A stretch of 56,166 nucleotides of DNA. It comes from Asterionella formosa. Its lineage: Eukaryota. The notes beneath the pieces are model-generated. The model saw nothing but the letters and a program-made list of their open reading frames with translations. It searched no databases and was not told the DNA's origin. Location of the stretch: NCBI GenBank assembly GCA_002256025.1, contig NKIB01013520.1, positions 1 through 56,166 on the forward strand, read 5' to 3'. This document shows positions 10,843-23,304 of this stretch, one piece after another (position 1 is the first letter of the stretch; each line of letters starts with the position of its first letter). The position numbers were made by a program, and so were the translations under genes.

Positions 10843-12804
10843 CTAAGTGGCATCAAGGAATGATGTTGTAATATCAAGCGTTGCTCGTAAGTGCTCTTGG
10901 GTCATTTTGGTGCCTTCGTGGGCACTAAGAGCATAGGCAAGTTGAAGGGTGTTCTTTATTTGGCGACCGTTAATATCATGTTGGGCAAGCTCTCTGATGT
11001 CTATATCAGAAAGGTCAATGCCAAGTCGGGTCATTGTGTTTTTCCATATTTCCTCACGAGATGCCTCCGAGAGAGAATCATAACGAAGGGCACAAGTCAC
11101 TCTCGACTGAAAAGCTGGGTCAAGGGATTCCACTCTATTGGTGGTAAGAAAGAGAATGCCTGAATAGTATTCCAAGAGTCGTAGCATTACACAAACCATT
11201 GCATTTCGAATGATATCACTTTTTGTTCGTCGCTCCAACAGCATTTCAGCTTCGTCAATCAAAACTAAAGCTTTCCAGGGGACACAAAGGTCCAAAATGT
11301 CCTGAAGTCGCTCCTCCAAAGTCTCTGGTGTGGTACCAAGTTCTCCCATGGACACGACGTATAGAGGCTTGTGAAGCATCTCTGCGATTGCCTCGGCTGT
11401 CAACGTCTTTCCTACTCCAGGTGGTCCATGCAGCAAAAAAATAGAACCCTCGCCTTTTCCAGCAATCACATCGGCACTCTGCAATGTTAAATCATGGCTG
11501 GTCACAAGAGCTCGAATGAGCTTTTTCCTGCTTGGAGACATGACCAATGCCTCGAATGCTTGCTCGTTAAACTCCACATTTGCTGTACCATGAACTTGTA
11601 CAACGCCCCAGGTTCTAGACTGCAACGAGAACCCTGCGGCGATTGGCCATGTCAAACCCATCAAACAGTCGGGAAGTGGAGCAGTTATGATCAACAATTC
11701 GTTAGATTCGTTTCCGTCCGAGCTGACTTGCACTGTTTGATAGCTGTCTGCTCCTTGTTTGACAGCTTGCTGTGATCTCTGGTGAGCAAAGGTTTTGAGT
11801 GTGGCAACGACTACATCAGCTGCAACTCCAGTGTGGCTTGCGCAATGCACTCCACGCTGCCAAGCAGCTACAGTGTCGACAATCATGCGCCCGCCTGTTC
11901 TAGATGCCTGACCATAGCTGCCTACCCGACTAGTGCCTCCCTTCAGGGATCCCTTGTTGGTTGGAATGAATGTACCAGCCTTGTACTGCACCATGATGCC
12001 AGTTCCGGTGGCATTCGACATTGCACAGATATCCTGGTAAAGCTTTCCTCGCTGATAAAGCTGCTCTTTCAATGGAATCGAAGGGACAGTGAACATGTCC
12101 ATACTAGAAACGACAGATCGAGTTCCGTTGAACTGAGACTGAGGGAATTGTGCTTCGATTACAACAAACTTAGAGTCTCCAGCCGAAACTGCAAACTCCA
12201 TTGCCACATAGAATGTCGATACTACACCAAACAAGGATCTTCCTCGAGTGTAGTAGCAAGCTCTTACTCGCATCAAGGTTGGAACCATAATACCAGTTCC
12301 GACCCCATGGTCAACAAGGTCCTTTCCTGGAGTAAAGAACTCTTGCAGAGAATCGAAGTCAACGATGCCACTTGCTACATTTGAGCGAGCCACCTCAACC
12401 AATTCCTGCTTCATTGTTTCAATGTAGTTGATCAATGACTCCAAACCAGGTACTTTTATCTTCTGTGCGGATATCTGAGGAAGTCGCACGCCAAAGGCAG
12501 CTGCTTGTCGTGTCAATCGGAAACAGCGGTATTTTGCCTCGGCCTTTGGTGTCTCCACGGTGACGCTATTGAATTCGTTGACATCGTACTGCAAGGACCT
12601 GAGAAGGCCAAGGGCATCATATAGCTTATCGACTTCAATCTTAACAATCTGCTCTCGTCCAGTCACTTGCACACGTGCAGCGGTGTACTTCCGAACGACA
12701 GCCGCGAGGTGAAAGCCATTCCCTTTTGTTTCGTAGAGGGTGACGGTTGGATCCTCGTGATGCGTCACCTCGTTTGGATGCCAAACCTTTTCGTTGTCCG
12801 TCAT
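10843..12804 (-). CDS. AAA+ ATPase with a long N-terminal region and a single C-terminal AAA domain, intronless
   Basis: Walker A GPPGVGKT, Walker B VLIDEAE, LRLLEYYSGILFLTTNR, D.AF.SR arginine finger and NGRQIKN lid motif. The first ATG (MTDNEK) is at 12804; the ORF track starts at a TTG at 12864. Confidence 0.9.
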   Translation of the reverse strand: MTDNEKVWHPNEVTHHEDPTVTLYETKGNGFHLAAVVRKYTAARVQVTGREQIVKIEVDKLYDALGLLRSLQYDVNEFNSVTVETPKAEAKYRCFRLTRQAAAFGVRLPQISAQKIKVPGLESLINYIETMKQELVEVARSNVASGIVDFDSLQEFFTPGKDLVDHGVGTGIMVPTLMRVRACYYTRGRSLFGVVSTFYVAMEFAVSAGDSKFVVIEAQFPQSQFNGTRSVVSSMDMFTVPSIPLKEQLYQRGKLYQDICAMSNATGTGIMVQYKAGTFIPTNKGSLKGGTSRVGSYGQASRTGGRMIVDTVAAWQRGVHCASHTGVAADVVVATLKTFAHQRSQQAVKQGADSYQTVQVSSDGNESNELLIITAPLPDCLMGLTWPIAAGFSLQSRTWGVVQVHGTANVEFNEQAFEALVMSPSRKKLIRALVTSHDLTLQSADVIAGKGEGSIFLLHGPPGVGKTLTAEAIAEMLHKPLYVVSMGELGTTPETLEERLQDILDLCVPWKALVLIDEAEMLLERRTKSDIIRNAMVCVMLRLLEYYSGILFLTTNRVESLDPAFQSRVTCALRYDSLSEASREEIWKNTMTRLGIDLSDIDIRELAQHDINGRQIKNTLQLAYALSAHEGTKMTQEHLRATLDITTSFLDAT

Positions 12805-13699
12805 TCTTTGTCCGACTGTGTCAATGTTATGTGCTTGGATTTGAATTTGTTGCAATATATGCAATTTTGTGAGGATTAGAACTTACCCACGCCGGCGGAG
12901 AATACCAGTAAATCATTAACAGGCGAGGATTCACAAGTTCTACAAGTATCCAACGAAAGCGACCCCGAGCACATCCTTCCCGTCAATTGTTGCAAGAATA
13001 TTAGCCCGAGTCACATGGATTGTGGACTCGATTGTTATCGATCGAGTCGAATATTGCATTGCCCCATCAATCAGCCATCTGACGAGATCAAAGGTTGAAA
13101 TTTTCTTTGGCAATGTGAAGTGGAAATTCGAGGAGAGTCTTAGAACCACTTTGCAGGAAGCAAAGATGCATGGAAAGGAAACATTTAGTTTAGCTTATAA
13201 TTTAATTTGAGTTTAGATTATCAATTGAGGAAACAGTGTGATGATTGACAGGAAGGTTAATTAGTTTATCTAGCAGGAACAAGGCTAGAAGCAGAGAAGA
13301 GAGAGAAAGTAGGTGGTACTTTTAGGTAGTACTACAAGTACGTAGGAGCTCACGTGAAGAGAGACCCAGCTTGTGGGAAGGAGTATGGACCTTTTCAACA
13401 CGCTTTTTTAAAGCAAACGTCTGCAGATAAAAACCATCATATTCCCCTGATGCATCATAGGATTGTGATCATCTGATCATAATTTTTCGTTATATCATCT
13501 TATAATTTTGATAAATGCCCTCGTAATTCAAATAGTAACCCTTTTGACTATGTATATTTAATATTAGACGTATTGTTTTTATTATATTCCTGTATTTGAA
13601 TTTCTTGGTTGGATAATGTACCAGCTAACGTAACGTAATCTGGCTCGTCATCTCCATCTGTCATCACTCTGATTTTTGCAACAACAACGAAATACCAGC

Positions 13700-14242
13700 G
13701 ATAGCTAAGCGGGAACGACGTTCTGATAAGGCTGCTGAGATTGAAGATTCTTGATAACCTCGTATGGACAAGCAAGTTTTGAACCGAATTACGACCTTTG
13801 TACTGATTGAGTTCATTGACCAATTGATAATATCCTTTGGCAAGTGCAAAATTTATTTCCCTCAGTTTGTCATGTCCTTGTTGGTCCGTGCGATTAGAAA
13901 ATTTATGATATGGTACCATGTTGTCCATCTACATCCGGGAGTTCTTAATGGTATAATCGAAAGGAGCCATTTTTCTGTATCAAAAACTGAAAAAGAAACA
14001 TCATCATCGCTTTCAGAATCAATTACAGGACCCTTCTTTGTACTGGTAGCTGATGGTGTCCCCATCGACAATGGGGTAGCACCCCCACTAACTCCCTGTT
14101 GCCGATTGGGTTCCTTTGGACAATCGCCTATTCGCTTTTTCTTTGTTAACTCATTTTGGTACTTGCTTATTTGTTCCAAACTGACAGTATTTGCCACATG
14201 TCGCTTGTTTCCATGAACCTCTTTATGGTTTTTTGAGGACAT
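13700..14242 (-). pseudogene. Truncated, frameshifted paralog of the 815-2701 gene
   Basis: MSSKNHKEVHGNKRHVANT... and MDNMVPYHKFSNR... match the 2261-2701 ORF in two frames. Confidence 0.75.
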
Positions 14243-14439
14243 TGTACTAGTAGATTACTGTGGTCTTATGTTCGATGATCTTAAAATCAGGTGTTGCTAG
14301 AATGAAATGAATCATCATCCACTACAAATAATACTTTTCGCTGTCTAGATACAACACCAAAAGACAAACAGTGCTACTTACATTGTCATATACAGAATCA
14401 GAATCGAGTTTGAGTAATAGCATATCTTGCTTTCAATTG

Positions 14440-14900
14440 TACAATTATACAATCCTGAAAGTAGTATGATGATTTACTGTCCCGCTGCAGTAGCAACAGT
14501 CATGAACATATGGTGCTCTGTTGCCCGCTTACTACTCCGACTATCTTTTTTCAATTTTATGATCATACGATCCTGAAACTATGATGCTTTTTTGTCGCAC
14601 TGCAGTAGCAGGAGTTATGAACATATGGTGCTCTGTCGCGCGCTTACTTCTCTGACTATCTTTTTTCAATTTTATGATCATACAATCCTGAAACTATGAT
14701 GCCTTTTTGTCCCACTGCAGTAGCAGCAGTCATGAACATACGGTGCTCTGTTGCTCCTCGCTTACTACTCCGACTACCCCCTTTCAATCTTACAATCATA
14801 CGATCCTGAAACAATGATGATTTACTGTCCCGCTGCAGTAGCAACAGTCCTGAACATATGGTGTTCTGTTGCTTGCTTACTACTCTGACTACCCCCAGTA
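14440..14900. repeat. Tandem minisatellite, ~117-120 bp unit, ~4 copies; paralog of 2772-3225
   Basis: Repeated CTGCAGTAGCAACAGTCATGAACATATGGTGCTCTGTTGC...CTTACTACTCCGACTA...GATCATACGATCCTGAAACTATGATG. Confidence 0.9.
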
Positions 14901-17209
14901 TATCCTCACTTCCTACCTGCTACTGGTACTCTGTATATATATGAAAAAATGTAATGATCATATGGTGTACCAATGAAGAACTCCCGCCCAAGAAGGGGGC
15001 TTGAATAATTTGCTACCAAAATCCTTTTGTATAAATAATGATACAAATGGGTTGTGACTCACACCAATTGAATGGTCTGCCTGTAAATGATTAGTTCCAA
15101 TAAACGCAGAAAACATATTGAGGCAAACAAATTTCAGAGACAGTACCAGTACATGAAGTCGTGGAAAACAATGGACATTTGGTGCGCATGGAATATATTC
15201 GAATTATCTATATGCAAATATGATCATCTCAACAATACCAAACCTGCCATATTGAGAGTGCCTTTGAATTTTAGAAATGTACGACAGTTGATATATTTAT
15301 ATATTTACAAATTTGATTACTATATAAATGGCAAATACATTTGAAATCATTCAGTCATGTGAACAAACAAAACCTGCTTTGTGAAAAGGAATATCATAGT
15401 AAAGCATATGACAAGGAAAGTTTATGCAATAACGAAAAACAGTGTTGCGTCGACACATTGCGCCTTCGAAGGATGCAGTATGTTTAAGGTGAGGGAGTCA
15501 TCAATGTGGTACATGGATGACAATCGTTGGGAGGACAACAACAAATAGCAAACTAAACGCACATTTCCTTTCTTCTCGTTTGATTCAATAGCTCAATTCG
15601 CTTGTTGGGGAGCACTAATGTAAAACAAAAAAAATTGATAAGTGCTCTTGTCATTGGACCTATTCACTACTGTTGGAACATAACTGACAGACAAAACGCC
15701 ACGTTTACCTTCTCTCAAAGTTAAGCTAACGAAAATGAATCAGTAACTTTTATTCGACAACATTGGATACCTGAAACTTACTTTTTCAAGAACTGACTAA
15801 CAATTTAGTATTACAGACTTATGCCTCAGTTGCTTTGAATTTTATTAAGTGAAGCAAGCAAGAGGATACAATCGAATGACGTGATGTTGTGTCAGTGTAA
15901 CATGACTAGCTAACAAGTCTTCCTTCTCATTTTAACTGTAACTGCATAGGACAATAAGACCAATCAAACAACGGAATAGTCGGCGAGTTCAGAATGACAC
16001 TAACAGCAGGGGAAGAAACGCCACATTAGTAGTAACTGCCCGACACATAATTCAGAATAGAGGAAGAAAAGGGCAAGACAGGAATATACATTGAGACAAG
16101 TGGAGAGTCGTACCAATCAGCCATGCCAAGTGGCATGTTGGAAAAGCGAAGTTTGTAGCCTATGCCTGCTACGTCTGTAAATAAAAAATATCATGAAAAT
16201 ATGATCAAGGGTATCGTAAGCTAAGTGGCACAGGATTTTCACATATATGATAGTATTTCGATCAAAAATGTGATCAATGTATCATTTAATTATGATCATG
16301 CAGTAAAATTTTGCCGAGCTTGAAGTATGATGAGACTATCATAGTTATAATACCATTGCATCAATTAATTAGTTAAACATGGTCATATGATGTGTATACT
16401 TTTGTCATACATCTATCTTAGCATGATCGTTATTCTCATCGATATCACTGTCTAAAATAGGATGAAATTGATCGAAATTTAGAACTATATTTAGCTAAGA
16501 ATGGTTCTATGATTCTAAATCTTAAGTGGCTACAGAATGTTCTACAATGCTCTCATCGCAATGATTGTTGGTGCCGCTTTCACTTCCACATTCCCCCCAA
16601 TCCAATTCTGAAGGTTGCTGTACTGGTTGCCTTGCCGTTGTTCCCCTGCTTTGTTCCATTTACTCCTGAGGGTTGTTCTGAGTTTGCATTCACGCATTTT
16701 CCTATTACTATTGAATCAGTTTCGTTGTTCCAATCAGCCATACTAACAAAGAGAAGCAATTCATTGTTAGCTGTTCATGTTTTGCTTACACAACAACATT
16801 CATTTCGTTTCTATCTTGCTTCACTTACCACAAATTGAGGAAGTAACTGATGCATATTTCTGTAGAAGAATGTGTCAGTCGAAGATTGAATGAGAAACAA
16901 AGTATCGATGAATAAATGGGCTCCAACACTGCTGTTTGTAACTTACAAATACTGTTTGTCTACCATTATCCTGAAAGAAGCAACACATACTATGTGTCAG
17001 TTTTTCTAAAAGTTGTGGATTGATCCAAAGATGGCTGATAGACAGGACTTACCGATTTCTTTTGTCCACGCAAATTGATGGTTGACCAGCCACCAAATCG
17101 AAAAGGAGCTATTGAATCATTGAAAGGGGACGAGTCATTCCGTATTTGTAATCCAAGCAATTGATCATCTTGGCATTTGCTCCTGACAAACCGTGATGCT
17201 ATGCACAGC

Positions 17210-17505
17210 TTGTTGATTCCGCCCTTCTCCATCATATTTAATCATTCTTATCGTGCTGTATTGTCACTTCAGTTGTTCGCATCATGTGTTGCTTGAGATC
17301 CTTCATTTCAGGAAGTGGATACAGCATGACAAGGAACATGAAAGGCATTTGCTCTTGACTTACCATCAATTGATTCCGCCCTTCTCCTCTAAGCCGCAAG
17401 TATCATTGTGCTGTATTATCACTTTCGTTTTCCGCGTCATCGTCTGTGTTAATCCTTCAATTCAGGAGCAAAGTGTATTCATGACAAGGAACATGAAAAC
17501 ATGAT
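17210..17505. repeat. Imperfect direct duplication, ~160 bp unit
   Basis: TTGATTCCGCCCTTCTCC...CATGACAAGGAACATGAAA occurs twice. Confidence 0.75.
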
Positions 17506-18866
17506 TTCAAATGTTTCAGCTATGAATAAATATATATAAAGATTTGTAAGAAGTTTAAATGTATACATAGTTGAACATTTGCATAGCTTTAAACACGCTC
17601 ATTATTTGGCACATCTTGTGTATACTAATATCAATTTTGATTATACATAGTTCAAATATATATAATGCATGATGAGTTCATAGTTTTCCACGACCTGTTG
17701 AGTTTTTTCATTTTTTTTTGTGTCAATTCTTGTACCTACAAGTCAGTGGCTGATTTAATTGAGCCCCTTAATAAACGGGAGTCATCAATAATTTTTCAAA
17801 TGGTCGAAATCATACATTTATGTATATAGACATATTGACCAAAATTCATATGGCCTACCGGTAGTACTGTATAATTGCTGGTAATTACTTCCATCATGGA
17901 AATACCACAATAGTGCAGCGGAAAACTGAATATGCTCATGTGTTTAGGATCATTTGATCATATTTTTAAGATCAATTAATCCTGATTCTTGAAAATAAAT
18001 TTTGATCTTTCATTTTCTCATCAACAACACCGTTTATCATTTGATCAATATGTTATGATCAAACATATAGGATAAACGAATCTAAATTCATTGATTAAAG
18101 ACCATAGTTTATACCGGAGTAGTTGCTCCTGCATTCAACCCCTTCCCCCCCCTGTATACAGTACGGAAGTGATAACCCCCAAGGTACCAAATTTTTAAGT
18201 CTTGTAAGAATTATCGCAGCATGCATCATGCATACATGACTCCTACTGGTATATCCAATGCGGAAATGATGACCAACAGGCAACCAATCCTATAGGTCCT
18301 GTAGAATTATCGCGACATGGCTGCATATCAAATGAAAGGGAGGGAGGAGTCATCCATGAACCTGTATAGTATGAAATATGGAAATGATCAAATATAGGTA
18401 GTCTACACAAGGATCAGTGCATCATATATTCCCTGTTATTTTAATTCCTATGAAATCTCGCTCTTGATCTGTTCTGCGCTTTTTCGCCACAATTGTTTTC
18501 ATTGGCTATTTCACTGGACGGCATTCGAATTGATTGTGCTTTGAACGAAGCAATGATCAAAGTCCACCCCATTGCAGAATGGTGAGTCTCACAACTAAGT
18601 ATCAGCCAGTCGATTAAAATTGGACTGTCGTTTGTGCACCCTCGTTGTGTTTGTACTTGACTTGGCAGCTGTCAGTGGCACCATAAAGCAACAATCAACA
18701 GATCATGGCCGCTGTTCTAAATTTTCTGTAGCAAGTGACATTCAAAAAGGGTCTGGGATCATTGGGGAGAAAAATTAGTAGGATTCTCTGTGTTTGCCCC
18801 CGCCCGTTTGGCAGCCATTCTACCATTGCTTCCTCTCAATCAATACCAGCTAGTAATATATGTAAT

Positions 18867-19071
18867 GAAAACCGTTATTAGATGAAATGTGACTTCCGTT
18901 TTCTAATATTTACATTGTTGCACTACTGAAACTTGAATCCATAAATGGGCATTCAACTTTTTTTTAGTATAGCTAATAAAAACCGTAATTAGATGAAATG
19001 TAACTTCTGTTTTCTAATATTTTACATTGTTGCATTACTGAAACTTGAATCCATAAATGGGCATTCAACTT
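18867..19071. repeat. Direct duplication of ~92 bp
   Basis: AAAACCGT.ATTAGATGAAATGT...GAATCCATAAATGGGCATTCAACTT occurs twice. Confidence 0.85.
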
Positions 19072-19236
19072 GTGCTTCTTGCATTTTTGCAGTATAGACT
19101 GACTGGTGGTCGATAGGCCAAAGTGTCTGGCTTTCTATGAACACCTACAAAGTAGTGCTTTTGTCGAGGTTTGTGTCTAAATCCAACTGCTGCCATCCAT
19201 TGAAATATTCCAGATACATCAAAGAATACGCTCCTG

Positions 19237-19315
19237 TCTTCAAAGGTAAGGAACTAGTACGATGACAAAGGAAATCTTCAAAGGTAAGGAACTAGTACGA
19301 TGACAAAGGAAATCT
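19237..19315. repeat. Perfect 38-bp tandem duplication
   Basis: TCTTCAAAGGTAAGGAACTAGTACGATGACAAAGGAAA x2. Confidence 0.9.
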
Positions 19316-21630
19316 AATGAGACATGAAAATTACGAAACCAGAATCACGTGTTACTATAAATAGACAGTCTCATGCTTCTTTGTGCATATCGCCTGCTAT
19401 GCTGCGTTTCAATACTAGATGTATTACGTTCTTGTTAGAGAGACGATGTTACGGAGAAGTAGATTGTGTTGTTCTATAATGGATGTTGTTTACTAGCTAT
19501 GATTGAGGTTGTAACACTGATTGATGCTCTGGTGACAGACCGATCGGAAATATTCGTCTTGCGTGATGAGCCACTTCGTTTTCATTGTATTTCTTTTCAA
19601 GCTCTTAACGGATTGCATAGTACAAACATACTGTGCAATGTAGATGATGATTCATCGAAGACATATGATGACTTGAACGAAAAATGAAGATTTTATCACA
19701 AACATTCGTTCCTCTTGACATGGCTGCTTTGTCGTTGTTGCAAGAATCAGATCGAGGACTGGAGAGGATGATGAGCCAAACCACATTACTTTCACTGGTA
19801 CATTATCCTACCAAGAATTTAAATAAAGGAACCTAAAAGAAACAATACATATATTAATTAAAATTCCATACTCAAAAGGGTTACTATTTAAAATACGAGG
19901 GCATTTATCAAAATTATTAGATGATATAACGAAAAATTATGATCAGATGATCATAATCCTATGATGCATCATGGAAATATGATGGTTTTTCTTTGCAGAC
20001 GTACAAAGGCTTGTTTGAAGGAATTCTAAGTTGAGAGGAAGTATCACCAGCCAGTTTAGAGAGAGTCAGCTGGAGTGAAGATTTTTCTCAGCAACAACAA
20101 GAATGAGAAGCGTGTGAAACAAAATAATTCGGTTGTCTATGCAAGTTTGATTATGGCATGTCAGAGTGGACCATTCAGATATGTAAATAGTGCCAGAAGA
20201 TCAGAGTTCCTCAATGTAAATGCGAAGGAAGCGTGGGACAACTTGGTGTCTACATATGAGTCAAGCAAGGAACATGGGAAATGTGATTGCCTTGTCAGGT
20301 CAGTGGACAAAATGCACGATTAACGAGAATAAGAACGCCAACGTTTGGTTTGTGTATTTGGATAGAATTTGAGAACGGTTGAACTGTACAAGCTCCGCAA
20401 TTTCGGATGGTGCCTATGTGGCCCATGTTATCAACAACGTACCACCGGAAGTCTACAAGAGTTTGGTGATTGGAAAATTTGGTCTTGCGAGCTCCGAGCT
20501 CACGATCCAAGAGGTCAAGACGAGTGTACGCGACTATTACGATTTGTACAAAGAAACAAAAAACCGCAACAATCAACCATGAGCGAAATTACAAATGATC
20601 ATGAAAACAAGGGGGATGACCCATTCAACTACAGTCATGATACCTGTCGAACAAGTCAAGACCATCCGGTTGATTGTACTAGAGTCGGATGTGGAGGGAT
20701 GTGAGAGTTGCATCTTCTGCGAGTGCTGTGATTTTGGTTGCCCTGAATGTTGGTGCTGATGGGATGAAGTCGAAGAGTTGGTGGAAATTTCTTGGAAATT
20801 GATAAAATTCTCAGCAAACTGAAGGATGAATAGATTATCGTGTCAAGAGCCCGCAACCTCCTCTACAAGTTTCTAATCAGAGTTTACTCTGGACAATCGG
20901 GAAAATTTGTTCGTATGGAACTTCCTGCTGACTGTTGTTTGAAGAGGGTTTGATCCCTATTGAAAAGTAAGGATCGAAACGAAGAGTACACTGGCTTCAA
21001 ACCTGTTTCTAAATGTTCTAAATCTAGTTGTCGTGATTAGTTTATTTCATTATTTTCATTCACTTCAATAGAGTATTTTATATCAATGCACCTAGTGGTA
21101 CTTATATTGTTTCAAACTCATCAGCATCTAGAAGTGAGGTGGCATGTCCTCTTGTTTTCTATATTATTTTGTTGACGTGGTTCTATAATTTAATAATTTA
21201 ACACATCATTAACAACAACAAACAACATAGACAACTAAAGCAACATGCTGCGCTCCAGTGGTGGGCGTCTTTTGCTTAGCAGAAATTGGAGTTTGTGGTC
21301 ATGTATGTCAGAATATAGTCGACGACGAAAATCTGAATTGATGCTGTCCTACAATCAAACAAGCTGCTCCTGCAACAATCAAGGACTGTTGGCTACTCCT
21401 AGATAGTGGTCCTATGGTACATACATGCAATGATGAGCGCATCATTAGGGACAAGCGCACAGGGCGTGAAACAGTCCTTGCGGGAAGCGGCACAGCAATT
21501 GTTGCGACCATATCAGGCATGGTGACCCTTACAACAACGGTTGAAGGAAAAGTGTTAAAACTCACCAACGAGCTCTATGTACCAGAGTTCAAGCAGAACA
21601 TCATCAGCTTTTCGAGAATTATTGACAAGG

Positions 21631-22591
21631 TCCATTACACTTTTTGCATAAAAGTGTCCGAAAATGCATAATGAATTTGTTGGGGGAACTCGGGGGTACT
21701 TTTTTGACTAAATTTGTAGCAAATCAATATTTATTTCTATCAATGATAGAAACAGTTCCTAAATAAATTTTCAAAGACTCGTTTTACTTAGTATATTGAA
21801 AATCGAAAAATAAAATAAATTTGTACTATTGTACATTTTGTCAAGAAATCGGATGCATAATGTGCTAACGTTTTCGACATGGAACACATCTTACATACAA
21901 CAAACTTTGTATATACTTTGTACATTCCATATATATAGCGATAGATATTGTATATTCTTGGCATAGATACTACTGGGTACTCCCAGTACTTGCATGTGTG
22001 TTTGTACAGCTTCCTGTGGTATTGGGTTGATGAGACCGCAACTCCATCTTGACCATGAAGAAATTTCTCGCACGTGTATGCAGACTATCATGGAAGAGAA
22101 TATCGTTCAATAATCAAATATTTTGCACTAGTATTGACAACAAAAAGTTGAAATCGGGGCTGGACGTTGTTTTTGGTCGTCATTTGCTCAGTTTTGAAGA
22201 TATGACCAAAAACGAGACAGTGTTGAATCCGCGGTTATTAGCTTGGTAACTTTGACTAGATAAGGTTTTCTATGTTTTCAAGAAATTGATGAGAAAACTT
22301 GAGTCACAGTATTCTCGGAGAGGGTACAACATTTCAAGATGCAACAAATTCCTCTCTGTCAATTTTATATTGAGTTTCATGTAAGCACTAATTGTTGTGG
22401 TCCTCCATAGTTCTATGGAATCTTGATAAGTTCATTTGACAGTTTACTATAGACATACTTTCAGCCATTCAACAAAACACTGTTTGTTCTTTACGCAAAT
22501 AAAAACTTCGCATCACATAAATGATCACGAACTCCCCTGACTGAAGGTTTATGCATTTTCGGGCACTTTTATGCAACAATTGTATTCTTTC
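21631..22591. mobile_element. ~960-bp non-autonomous TIR element inserted in the Copia pol
   Basis: Subterminal inverted repeat TTGCATAAAAGTG(T/C)CCGAAAATGCATAA at both ends. Flanking direct repeat TTATTGACAAGG at 21619-21630 and 22592-22603. A relative lies at 52200-52856. Confidence 0.75.
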
Positions 22592-23304
22592 TTATTGACA
22601 AGGGAAAAAGTTATGTTTGACAATGATAAGATGAAGATCAGAAACATCAACGGATTTTTGATTTGCAAACGTGATTAAATGAGGAAGATTGGCGCAATGT
22701 ACCATGGGCAAGGAACACCTATTCTAAAGGAAACGTTGTTGGAGGTTGAACAAGGAAACGAGGAGCCAACACAACAATCTATTGACTATCCGGGCGTGTG
22801 GATTAGTTTTCCAATAAGTGATTGATAACTCCAGTACTCGTCAAAGTAGAGACCCTCAAAGTCACGCTGGAGGATCATGGAGGAGCGCGCCGGAACCCCC
22901 TTAGTTTTGGTATTTGTTGCACATTTTAAATCATTCATGATACAGGCTAGCAGATGAAGCTGAGTGAGGGTAATGGCTTGATTTGCAGCTGAAAACTGGA
23001 GCTTATTCCCAAATAATCGGATATGTTCCCCTCATCAGTTAACTCGAAAATAATATTCATGTCTGCAAAACAGTTGTCAATCTCAGCATCCTTAGGGCTG
23101 AGAAGTTGCAAAACAGTTGTCAATCTCAGCATCCATAGGGCTGAGGAGATTCCATCATCCACATATATCATGAAGATAGTTACACCACGGTAGAAAACAC
23201 ACTTGTCTGCAGTACTCTGCACAAAGGAGGGAAGATACCATGAAGATAGTTACACCACGGTAGAAAAAATACTTGTCTGCAGTACTCTGCACAAAGGAGG
23301 GAGG

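Larger units (their letters stand above)
13418..16108 (+). mobile_element. CGTCTG element copy 2 (internally deleted, distal end replaced by Copia sequence)
   Basis: Starts CGTCTGCAGATAAAAACCATCAT. 13418-13700 is an inverted match to 20001-19725, and 13700-16108 is a direct match to ~2170-4420. Confidence 0.75.
16172..20001 (-). mobile_element. CGTCTG element copy 3, both ends present, 3830 bp, TA duplication
   Basis: TA|CGTCTGTAAATAAAAAATATCAT ... ATGATGGTTTTTCTTTGCAGACG|TA. Imperfect ~23-bp TIR. Removing it restores the Copia gag frame. Confidence 0.85.
16110..22790 (+). mobile_element. Degenerate Ty1/Copia gag-protease remnant, split by nested insertions (pieces ~16110-16171, 20004-20582, 21380-21630, 22604-22790)
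   Basis: Joining 16171 to 20004 restores ...KAKFVAYACYKGLFEGIL. This is followed by gag-like NAKEAWDNLVSTYE and YVAHVINNVPPEVY, then protease-region WLLLDSG..HTCND...LYVPEFKQNIISFSRIIDKG..VMFD. Confidence 0.7.

Noticed and set aside
12880..13400. Upstream exon of the AAA gene, or an LTR ending CAACA at 13400
   Set aside because: Stops occur in all frames before the GTAAG site and an in-frame ATG exists at 12804. There is no partner LTR or clear TG start to support an LTR.
13418..20001. Single composite element bounded by the two long inverted A ends
   Set aside because: The flanks differ (AA vs TA), and the 16172-20001 boundaries alone restore the Copia gag frame.
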